Part shown: piece by piece, positions 56,064 to 64,000 of the stretch
Position numbering within the stretch: position 1 is the stretch's first letter
Layout: each line of letters begins with the position of its first letter
Source: Candidatus Woesearchaeota archaeon
Lineage (GTDB): Archaea; Nanobdellota; Nanobdellia; Woesearchaeales; JABGUJ01
DNA: 64,000 nt
Direction of reading: 5' to 3'
Assembly: GCA_018646625.1 (NCBI GenBank)
Contig: JABGUJ010000002.1
Span: 412,843-476,842 of the forward strand
Made by a program: the position numbers and the translations under genes
The notes under the pieces: generated by a model
Database searches by the model: none
What the model was told of the DNA's origin: nothing
What the model saw: only the letters and a program-made list of their open reading frames with translations

Positions 56064-56380
56064 TTCTTTTCCTCTACAGAATTAGGAAAATCTCCTTCTT
56101 CTTCCATCTTTATAGCGTCGACAGGACATTCTTCTGCACACACGCCGCAACCTTTACAATAATCATAATTGAATTCTTTAAAATCCCCGTCTTTGCCTAC
56201 AACTGCGCAGTCTGGACAAACTGACCAGCAAATCATACAGTTGATGCATTTCTCAGGAATATGAATTGGTCTAGAGTCTCGCCACTCACCAGTTTTGTAA
56301 TCTTCACTACTACCTGGACGATCTACAACGCCGCCAATAGGTATTTCACTCCATTTCTTACCTTCATTGTTAGCAGTCAT
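56060..56380 (-). CDS. porD: Pyruvate:ferredoxin oxidoreductase delta subunit
   Basis: TGEWR motif and two 4Fe-4S Cys motifs. Confidence 0.92.
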   Translation of the reverse strand: MTANNEGKKWSEIPIGGVVDRPGSSEDYKTGEWRDSRPIHIPEKCINCMICWSVCPDCAVVGKDGDFKEFNYDYCKGCGVCAEECPVDAIKMEEEGDFPNSVEEKK

Positions 56381-56937
56381 ACAGAGATCACCTCATTATA
56401 GGCTCGCTCTGCAGCTTTAATATTTTTATCAGTAATTTCTTTTCCAAATTTGTAAAGCATCTCATCTTCAATGGCTTTTTTCACATCATCGAGAGAAAGA
56501 ATGCCAGTTGCTTTAGCTAATGCGCCGACCATGACAGTATTAGGTATAGGTCTGCCAAATTCTTCTTTAGATATTTTAGTAGCATCAACATAGAATAATT
56601 GTCCTTTGAAATCTAAGCACTCTCTCAAGCTTTCGCTTTGTAGTGCAGAGTTGACTAACATGAGTCCGTCTTGATCAATACCTTGGTTAATGAATCTCAT
56701 GGCTAAAAGAGTAGGATCTAGAACTACAACGGCAGTCGGATTCTTAATGCCACAATGAATTCGTATAGGTTTATCGCTGATTCTTAGAAAGATCTGTACA
56801 GGAGCACCTTGTCTTGCAGCACCATATTCAGGAAAAGACTGTATGTGTTTTCCTTTCAGAAGTGCACCTCTTGCAAATATCTCGGATGCGGTTTTTGCGC
56901 CTTGGCCTCCTCTGCCATGAAATCTAATCTGAATCAT
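56377..56937 (-). CDS. porG: Pyruvate:ferredoxin oxidoreductase gamma subunit
   Basis: HGRGGQGAKT and FPEYG..R.GAP motifs. Confidence 0.92.
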   Translation of the reverse strand: MIQIRFHGRGGQGAKTASEIFARGALLKGKHIQSFPEYGAARQGAPVQIFLRISDKPIRIHCGIKNPTAVVVLDPTLLAMRFINQGIDQDGLMLVNSALQSESLRECLDFKGQLFYVDATKISKEEFGRPIPNTVMVGALAKATGILSLDDVKKAIEDEMLYKFGKEITDKNIKAAERAYNEVISV

Positions 56938-57059
56938 CGTTTAATGTAGATAGACTTTAGAACTGTCCATCACCTCTAGCAGAAGTTATGGATTTGCCTT
57001 TAAATAACTTTTGGAAGAAAAAAAGTTAACAAAGATAATAAACTCCGTTACTGAGTTAA

Positions 57060-57584
57060 TTATCCAAGTTTAAAGAAATCTATCGCTTTCTCAGGATCTA
57101 CTCTTGTGTAACCTTCTACTCCTGAAAAGAAATGATGTTCTTTTAACATATGCAACCCAAGATCTGTGAATCGCAGAGTTTCATCGTCTGAAGTTCTAGT
57201 AACAATGTAAGAATGTATGAGATACTTTATCTTTCCGGGATCAAGGAAAGGACATTTAACTGCGCCTTCAAAAGGAACGCCGCGAACAGAATAGTTAGAA
57301 TCAATTTCAGTACCACTACCCATCAAATCAGAAAAATCTCCTTGTAATCCTCTCGGACCATGAATCTCTTCAAATAAATGCCATCTACAGTCCTCTAACT
57401 TAGCAGCTATGTCCGCAACATCAACTTCCATTTCAGCTAAAACAAGCAAGTCATCAATAGCACGTTCAACTAAATTTTCATTTAATCCCATCACTAATTT
57501 CCCTCTCGAACGCATTTCTCGTTCAATCGAAACTAGTTCGGATGCAGAATACTTTTTAACAGATCTATATTTTTCTTCAGTCAT
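57060..57584 (-). CDS. Hypothetical protein (paralog of 57581-58093)
   Basis: Shared CP...H....HHFF.G...R.DP motif. Confidence 0.65.
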   Translation of the reverse strand: MTEEKYRSVKKYSASELVSIEREMRSRGKLVMGLNENLVERAIDDLLVLAEMEVDVADIAAKLEDCRWHLFEEIHGPRGLQGDFSDLMGSGTEIDSNYSVRGVPFEGAVKCPFLDPGKIKYLIHSYIVTRTSDDETLRFTDLGLHMLKEHHFFSGVEGYTRVDPEKAIDFFKLG

Positions 57585-58093
57585 TCTAACCTCATAACTC
57601 TTATTGCATCGCCAGGATCTAATCTATAGGTCACATTTCCTTCAAAAAAATGATGATCTCTGACTAAATGCGGCATTAATTCTGGAAACGTTATTTCACC
57701 ACCAGTCAACTTGTTAAACACACGATAAACAACAGATGAACCTTCACAATCATCTAGAGGACACATCTCTTTACCTAAAGATAACTCAGCACTTACATGA
57801 TAGTTAGAATCAACATCATAACCACAACGAAAAGCAAGAAAAAGATCATCTTGAGGACCAGCCTCTTGTGCTTTTGCCTTAAAGGCATTAACAAAATGAT
57901 TTAATCTATCGACTATTTGTTCGTAAGTTACTCCTGCGCTCGCCAATACTTTTTGATCTTCACGAACAATCTCCATTAAATTATCATCAGTCGCTAGAAA
58001 GGTGCCGGGAGATTTTTGTTTAATCCACGCCTCCACCGCATGCAACTGATCATCAGTCATTTCGTCTAGTAGTTGTTTAGCCATAATTAGCAC
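57581..58093 (-). CDS. Hypothetical protein (paralog of 57060-57584)
   Basis: Shared motif; GAGGTG RBS; overlapping stop/start with the downstream gene. Confidence 0.65.
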   Translation of the reverse strand: MLIMAKQLLDEMTDDQLHAVEAWIKQKSPGTFLATDDNLMEIVREDQKVLASAGVTYEQIVDRLNHFVNAFKAKAQEAGPQDDLFLAFRCGYDVDSNYHVSAELSLGKEMCPLDDCEGSSVVYRVFNKLTGGEITFPELMPHLVRDHHFFEGNVTYRLDPGDAIRVMRLE

Positions 58094-58197
58094 CTCTAGT
58101 TTGTTACCACTAAGTAGTCAAACACTTAATAATGTTTGTTGGAAATAATTTACTACAATACACAAGTTTTAAAAACAAAGAGCGGCTACAAGCAGAT

Positions 58198-58932
58198 ATG
58201 GAAGACCCTGAGTTAATGTTAGGATTAAAGGATTTTGGGCTAAATGATAAAGAAGCCAAGGTCTATTTGGCGACACTTAAACTTGGAAGTGCGAAGGCTA
58301 ACGATATTGCCAAAGAAGCAAGAATTTTGCGAGAGACAACATACTTTGTGATTAAATCTCTTGAAGAAAAAGGATTAATGGGTCATGTAATTAAATCAGG
58401 TACAAAATATTTTGAGGCAGCAAATCCTGAAAAGTTGATAGAAATTCTTGAAGAAAAAAAGTTCAAAGTTAAAAGAATAAAATCTAGACTCGATAAAATA
58501 AAAGAACAAGTATTCGAAAAGCCATCTGTTGAATTTTATGAAGGTGTTTCAGGAATGAAAACTGTAATTGACGATTTGATTAAGACCAAGAAAAAGATTC
58601 AAGGCTTTACTGCAACCAGTTCTATGTTTGAAGAATTAAAATATTATTACCCTAATTACATAAAGAGAAGAGCGGATAATAATATTAAAGCAGAAATAAT
58701 TACTGAAAAGTCTAGTGAGGCAATAACTTCTCGAATGAAAGATAAAGAAGAACTGAGAAAAACACGATTCTTCCCTGATAAGATGAGAATTAAAGATAGC
58801 ATTTACATTTATGGACAGAAGGTGGCCATAATCAATCCCAACAACTCAAAAATTGGAATAATTATAACAGACCCAGCTTTTAGTGATTCATTAAGAAAAA
58901 TATTTGGATTAGTATGGGACAAAGCTGAATAA
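58198..58932 (+). CDS. TrmB-family transcriptional regulator
   Basis: GLNDKEAKVYLA.L.LG and YEGVSG motifs. Confidence 0.88.
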   Translation: MEDPELMLGLKDFGLNDKEAKVYLATLKLGSAKANDIAKEARILRETTYFVIKSLEEKGLMGHVIKSGTKYFEAANPEKLIEILEEKKFKVKRIKSRLDKIKEQVFEKPSVEFYEGVSGMKTVIDDLIKTKKKIQGFTATSSMFEELKYYYPNYIKRRADNNIKAEIITEKSSEAITSRMKDKEELRKTRFFPDKMRIKDSIYIYGQKVAIINPNNSKIGIIITDPAFSDSLRKIFGLVWDKAE

Positions 58933-59790
58933 TTATACATTAATCTCTTGAAAGATAGTGCAAGTTCTGCAGATCTCGCCACTAGTTGGCTCTCCACAGA
59001 GTTTACATGAAGGAATGTTAACAGTTTCTGTTCTTTTATCGTGAGACATTACCCATTGATGGAAATCCACTATGTTTTGTTTTACGTTTTTTTGCTTCTC
59101 TTCGAGATCATTAAGTATGTTCAAAAAACCTCTACGGTATGCATTAGTAGAACAAGGGCAGATTTCATAATTCACAGGAAATTTCATAATCTTTGAGTAT
59201 CTTATGATTTCTTTCTCAGAAATATCATACAGAGGTTTTACTCTCTGCACAAACCCTTTAGCATTACTCGAACCTGTTTTTGGTCCTTTCTTAAATGCCA
59301 AGTTCATGTCTCCTCTAACAAGATTCATGATAAAAGCTTGAGCTTCGTCATCCAGATTGTGGCCAGTAGTAAGATAATTAAATTTGTATTTCTTAGAATA
59401 TTTGTTGATAAGATATCGTTTTAGTATTCCGCAAAGCATGCAAGATGAATATTTGTATCCTTTTTCATTAAGAATGGAACGCATGTAACAAAGAGATTTC
59501 CCAAACTCATCTCTGAAAGAAACAATATGGAGCTTTACCTTCAGATCATCACACACCTGTATTAGATTATCAAGATTTACCTTGGTGTAGTTTCCAATAG
59601 CTGCGTCAATTGTCAATGCCTCTACTTTGTAGCCTAACTTCTTTAGAATATGTAAGCAAACAGTAGAATCCTTACCACCCGATACCGCAACACCAACTAA
59701 ATCCTTCTTAGCAAATAAAGAATATTTCTTTATAGAATCCTGTACTTTAGACTCAACTTTCTCAAGGAATTTGGCATCTGATGCGTTCAT
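58933..59790 (-). CDS. tRNA thiolation protein (TtuA/Ncs6, TIGR00269-like)
   Basis: PP-loop SGGKDS, C..CG..KR, TGHNLDD and C-terminal Zn finger. Confidence 0.85.
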   Translation of the reverse strand: MNASDAKFLEKVESKVQDSIKKYSLFAKKDLVGVAVSGGKDSTVCLHILKKLGYKVEALTIDAAIGNYTKVNLDNLIQVCDDLKVKLHIVSFRDEFGKSLCYMRSILNEKGYKYSSCMLCGILKRYLINKYSKKYKFNYLTTGHNLDDEAQAFIMNLVRGDMNLAFKKGPKTGSSNAKGFVQRVKPLYDISEKEIIRYSKIMKFPVNYEICPCSTNAYRRGFLNILNDLEEKQKNVKQNIVDFHQWVMSHDKRTETVNIPSCKLCGEPTSGEICRTCTIFQEINV

Positions 59791-59836
59791 AATGCCTAGC
59801 TATGGCTCTGTCTTAAAAAGCTTACTGATTAAAGAA

Positions 59837-62329
59837 TTACTTCATTAGACGCTTTAATTCGGCATCTGAGTAGTTATAGCGTTTAAGATACTGCTGAATC
59901 TGTCCATCATTATACCCTTTAGCTTCTAACTGCCTAATGTACTGTTGAATACGCAGCTCCTGACCAGATAGATGAGATTTCTTTAGAAATATTAGTACCA
60001 TGCAGATAATTATGATTGCTAAGATAGATCCAAAAATAGGATAACGTTGTTCTTTGATTAATGAAATCATTTCAGCGGGATCCGTAATTGCTCGCCAACT
60101 TGCATTTTCTCCAAAGAAAAAATCTCCTCTGACTCCTTTGAGAGTTATATCATCAAAACTTTCAGCAGTACATTGATTTTTCACGCAGGTTTTTCCAAAG
60201 TCACACCCGCAATCAAAACAACAATTATCTACAGATTCAGTTTCTTGACAGACACCATCGCCACAAGTATTCTCCGGACGGCAATCATAATCAACTTCAT
60301 AAGAGCAACTTTTTGGACAACAAGCGTCTCCGTTAAAACACATCAAAATTTCATCATATTCACAAGTGTTTGTTAGTAAATTACAAAGCCCATACGCGCA
60401 AGAGTTAGAACTTTTACAATCAGAATTAATCTTACATTCAAGTTGAGGTATTGCAGCACATTGATTCTCTTCACATTCAAAACCCGCGCTACACCCGCAG
60501 TCTTTACAACAAGTGTTGTGTTCTCTAGGGTCGCAATATCTATCTCCACACTCCAATTCTTTTAGAGGCTGTATTATGGATATATTTCTCTCCAACCCGT
60601 TGTTCGATAAATCAGAATCTTCAAGCACAACACTACTTAATCCAACATTAAACACGAATTTGTATTCTCCTGGTGTGCTTATCACTATATCTTCAAAAGT
60701 AAAATTAGCTGTCGAAGGATACTCTTTAGGAGTATAATTTATTTGTTGGCCCGAGTCAGTATAAAGTACATTAAATTCTAATTCTATATCCTCATCAGAT
60801 TGATTTGTGTTGCTGGTTAGTAAAAGATTTTTCTTAGCAGGACCAAGATTAGCAACTTGCTCAGTTTCTTTAATATTTAATTCTTCTACAACCATGGTAG
60901 TATGAGCAATGCTAGAATCCATTGTACCGACATTTGACACTCTGATAGTAATATCAAAAAAGTCCCCCGCAAAGATTGTATCCGCGGAAAGTTTAATTTC
61001 AGTAACTGCTAGATCTATTACTTGCGCAGTTGCATTGAAGAAAGCAGTGCAAGGTTCCGCACTACAGGTTTCATAGACGCCGTCAACATCTAAATCACAG
61101 CAGTATGCATTATATATTGATGACGGACCACACACATGAGATCCGCAACGACAGGCAGACTCTGCCCGATTAGGTTTGCATTCATCCATCCCATAAAATG
61201 ACCAAGAGTTTTTCTCGGTTTGTGGATTGAGTAAACAATATTTGTATTCTTTTACAACATCATTACAATTGTAAGATGTTCCTTCTTTTTCGTCATAATT
61301 AAATTTACAAAGATTAGAGTTCTTCTTAGAATTACAATTTGACAGATCTTCAAGATCATAAGATTTTCCTTTGGGGTTGTGTATGCACACTCGCTTGTAA
61401 AGTTCATCATACTCTAAAGGCATCGCAGTTGAGTTGCCACAGAAACATTTGTCACAAGGATCGTCATCATCACCACAATCCTCCTCAGTAGATGCCCCGT
61501 CTTCTACAAAACATTCAACTAAGTCCTCAACATCTTCGTCAGATTCCCAAGTTGAGCCGCCTTCATCTTTTTGACATTTTTTTTCACTAGTGATTTCTCC
61601 TCGATCTAAAGTAGGTCCAGATTCATCTCCACAACTGCATTTTTTACAACCTTCTTCACAACCGTCTTTGGCTAGTTGATTAAGCCCAGAAGTACAATCC
61701 ATGTCTTCTTGCTTTTTTTTCATGTCTTCAAGTGCTTGTATGCCTTTTTCTTTTGCTTGACCACTCAATTTTATAGAATCTTCATAATCATTTTGAAATA
61801 GATTCTCTTGTGCTTTAACAATCTTCGATTCTGCATCCGTTATCAACGCATTTGTAGAAGATTTAGCACCATACTTCGGATGATCTTTAACTTCTGTAAT
61901 ATAAACTTGAGATTCAAATATAATATCGTTAACATAAGAGTTTAGTTCTGTTGGTTTAGAATGATTTTTATAACGCATTTCCGCATCATAATATAAATAA
62001 CGTGCTTCATCTGTCAATACAATCATATCTTCATAGTCTTCATCTTCTTTTGCAGCATAAACGTTGGCAAGGACTTCATTAATGCTGCTAACTAACAATA
62101 CAATGTCATCATATCCTTCAACAGATGCAGAGCCTCTCAAAGAAGAAACTTTAGATGAAATGTCTTCTAGATCCGCAACTAACAAATCAACTTCATCTTG
62201 GGTGCAATAATTCTCAAACATACAAGTTGCATGTATATCAGCTGCGCCATAAGATAAGACGCTAGGCAGACAAAGTAGCAAGGTAAGAAATATACATAGG
62301 AATAGACCCTGAATGCGACGCATCAACAC
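59837..62329 (-). CDS. Large Cys-rich cell-surface protein with CARDB-like domain and C-terminal TM
   Basis: Signal peptide, helical region, Cys repeats, DLAV...V.NVG...E...NN CARDB-like pattern and a TM anchor. Confidence 0.75.
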   Translation of the reverse strand: MLMRRIQGLFLCIFLTLLLCLPSVLSYGAADIHATCMFENYCTQDEVDLLVADLEDISSKVSSLRGSASVEGYDDIVLLVSSINEVLANVYAAKEDEDYEDMIVLTDEARYLYYDAEMRYKNHSKPTELNSYVNDIIFESQVYITEVKDHPKYGAKSSTNALITDAESKIVKAQENLFQNDYEDSIKLSGQAKEKGIQALEDMKKKQEDMDCTSGLNQLAKDGCEEGCKKCSCGDESGPTLDRGEITSEKKCQKDEGGSTWESDEDVEDLVECFVEDGASTEEDCGDDDDPCDKCFCGNSTAMPLEYDELYKRVCIHNPKGKSYDLEDLSNCNSKKNSNLCKFNYDEKEGTSYNCNDVVKEYKYCLLNPQTEKNSWSFYGMDECKPNRAESACRCGSHVCGPSSIYNAYCCDLDVDGVYETCSAEPCTAFFNATAQVIDLAVTEIKLSADTIFAGDFFDITIRVSNVGTMDSSIAHTTMVVEELNIKETEQVANLGPAKKNLLLTSNTNQSDEDIELEFNVLYTDSGQQINYTPKEYPSTANFTFEDIVISTPGEYKFVFNVGLSSVVLEDSDLSNNGLERNISIIQPLKELECGDRYCDPREHNTCCKDCGCSAGFECEENQCAAIPQLECKINSDCKSSNSCAYGLCNLLTNTCEYDEILMCFNGDACCPKSCSYEVDYDCRPENTCGDGVCQETESVDNCCFDCGCDFGKTCVKNQCTAESFDDITLKGVRGDFFFGENASWRAITDPAEMISLIKEQRYPIFGSILAIIIICMVLIFLKKSHLSGQELRIQQYIRQLEAKGYNDGQIQQYLKRYNYSDAELKRLMK

Positions 62330-62388
62330 ACCTCTTTTTAAATGGAATAACAGTTAATTATTTAAAAAGCTATCTGAAAGAAGATAAC

Positions 62389-63321
62389 ATGAAATGGCTG
62401 TTTGTTCTTGATAAAGAAGATATTAAGCTAGCTCGCGCAGAAGTTGAAGCTTTGTGTGGAAAGGGCAGATTGAGAGATAACATCCTAATTGTTGAAGGTC
62501 AGAAAAGCAATGTAGAGCGATTATCATATTGTCATAAGGTTCTTAGATTTGTATGTTGTTGTAGAAATGTTGAATGGATTGGTAGAATTAATTGGAATGA
62601 ATATTATAGAAAGAATTTCTGTGTTAGAGTGAGTGGATTTAAGGGTGAAAGAAGGATTGCGTCTTTGATTTTTAAGAATCTAGAAAAATCCGGGATAAAA
62701 CCTAAAGTAAATCTTAGATCTCCAGAGATGCTTGTTGAAGTTTACAAAATAAAAGACAAGTATTATGTCGGCATAGTTGAGACGGAAGTTGATAAAAGCT
62801 TTCTGAAACGAAGAGCTCATCAAAGACCAGGATTACACCCTACTGCTACAAGTCCAAAGTTGACAAGAGCAGGAATCAATCTTACGGAGATTAAAAAAGG
62901 GGAAAGCATCTTAGATCCTTTTTGTGGATCAGGGACGACGCTTATCGAAAGTAGTTTAATGGGAGTAAAAGCCACAGGTTATGATGTGGATGAAAGATTG
63001 ATTAAGAAATGTAAAGCCAACTTAAAGCATTATAATCTTAAAGCCAAAGTAAAACTGAGTGACGCTACAAAGTTGAACGAGAAGTTTGATTATGTTTTTA
63101 CAGATCTGCCATATGCAAGAGGAACAAAAAGTATTGATTTAGATGAAACTTATAGCAAGTTTATGAATCTGAGTTATAGATACGTTAGAACATCAATGGT
63201 TGTTGTGTTTCCAGACTTTGTAGATTATCGTAAATATTTAGGTAGGTGGAAAGTTGGTAAAAAGTTTAGCCAATATGTACACAAAAGTTTAAGTAAGAAT
63301 ATACTGGTGTTGGTGAAATGA
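62389..63321 (+). CDS. THUMP-domain tRNA methyltransferase (Trm11/TrmG10-like)
   Basis: LDPFCGSG and TDLPY motifs. Confidence 0.8.
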   Translation: MKWLFVLDKEDIKLARAEVEALCGKGRLRDNILIVEGQKSNVERLSYCHKVLRFVCCCRNVEWIGRINWNEYYRKNFCVRVSGFKGERRIASLIFKNLEKSGIKPKVNLRSPEMLVEVYKIKDKYYVGIVETEVDKSFLKRRAHQRPGLHPTATSPKLTRAGINLTEIKKGESILDPFCGSGTTLIESSLMGVKATGYDVDERLIKKCKANLKHYNLKAKVKLSDATKLNEKFDYVFTDLPYARGTKSIDLDETYSKFMNLSYRYVRTSMVVVFPDFVDYRKYLGRWKVGKKFSQYVHKSLSKNILVLVK

Positions 63322-63875
63322 TAAAACAAATCAAAGATAATATATGGAAAGTTAATAACGATTCTAATATTTATGTTGTTAAAGACGATAAAGTCGTTGT
63401 AATCGATGCAGGAGATATGCAGTACAGAGAGCAAGTTAAAAAAGACGTTTCTGAAGTGGTAGATCCTAAAGAAGTAGATGTTGTGATATTTACTCACCTA
63501 CATTATGACCATATTGGAAACTATAATCTGTTCCCAAATGCAAAGTTTTATGCTAGCGAAGAATCTATTGAAGATTTAAAAAGAAACAGAGAAGGTACTA
63601 TTCTTAACATGCTTATGGCTAGCATGTTTAAAGCAAAACTTAACTCCGTTAGCTCCTTGAGTATAGATAAGTTTAAAATCATCAACACACCCGGGCATAC
63701 AAGAGGTAGTATTTGTTTACTTTATGGTGATGTTTTGTTCTCAGGCGATACAATTTTTGATAATGCGTGGGGAAGAGATGATTTACCAACTTCAGTTCCT
63801 GAAAAGATGCAAGAAAGTGTTGATAAATTGAAAGAATTTAAATATGAAATTCTTGCACCAGGACATGATTATTAA
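63318..63875 (+). CDS. MBL-fold metallo-hydrolase
   Basis: THLHYDH, TPGHT, SGD and PGH motifs. Confidence 0.9.
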   Translation: MIKQIKDNIWKVNNDSNIYVVKDDKVVVIDAGDMQYREQVKKDVSEVVDPKEVDVVIFTHLHYDHIGNYNLFPNAKFYASEESIEDLKRNREGTILNMLMASMFKAKLNSVSSLSIDKFKIINTPGHTRGSICLLYGDVLFSGDTIFDNAWGRDDLPTSVPEKMQESVDKLKEFKYEILAPGHDY

Positions 63876-63888
63876 AGAGGTGTTTGAT

Positions 63889-64000
63889 ATGGGATGCGAT
63901 TGTTGTTGTTGTGGAGATAAAAAAGTAGATATGTGCGAGAGTTGTGGAATGCCAATGCAAAATGCAGAACTAAGAGGCGGAAAACAACCAGAGAATAAGT
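63889..64000 (+). CDS. Partial Zn-ribbon protein running off the window end
   Basis: GAGGTG RBS; MGCDCCCCGDKKVDMCESCGMPM... Confidence 0.65.
   Translation, partial: MGCDCCCCGDKKVDMCESCGMPMQNAELRGGKQPENK

Noticed and set aside
2937..63497. Many short antisense or overlapping ORFs in the six-frame track
   Set aside because: They are shadows of well-supported genes and carry no recognisable motifs
1..64000. CRISPR arrays, rRNA, IS transposases or further VR copies
   Set aside because: None seen by eye; a computational scan would be needed to exclude diverged remote VRs

Overview
This is an AT-rich archaeal chromosome segment, most consistent with a DPANN (Woesearchaeota-like) genome. The assignment is an inference from BRE/TATA promoters, GAGGTG RBSs, CCA-less tRNAs, CarS, TrmB/Lrp regulators, archaeal Lhr-MPE and Cys-rich surface proteins. 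The left end holds a diversity-generating retroelement: target gene 53-931, VR 824-916, TR 1158-1250 (10 mismatches, all at TR adenines) and RT 1316-2413. No avd gene is visible; instead a predicted multi-stem non-coding RNA (about 1002-1266) encloses the TR. Next comes a complete NAD salvage operon (pncB-pncA-nadE-Nudix-nadM-nucleoside hydrolase-nadK) with nrtR and four GTGT-N7-ACAC operator palindromes. Also present are tRNA-Ile(GAT) and tRNA-Asn(GTT), a psd-pssA-DUF212-carS lipid cluster, three toxin-antitoxin-like pairs, a SET-domain protein, and two tandem double-Nudix proteins behind an unannotated Zn-ribbon microprotein. Further right are bacterial-type queA/queH, nth, lhr, a frameshifted histidine phosphatase, nrdJ-cobO-udg with a perfect NrdR-box-like palindrome, porGDAB and tRNA-modification genes. 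Functional calls come from motif recognition by eye and RNA structures from hand pairing; no searches or folding programs were run.
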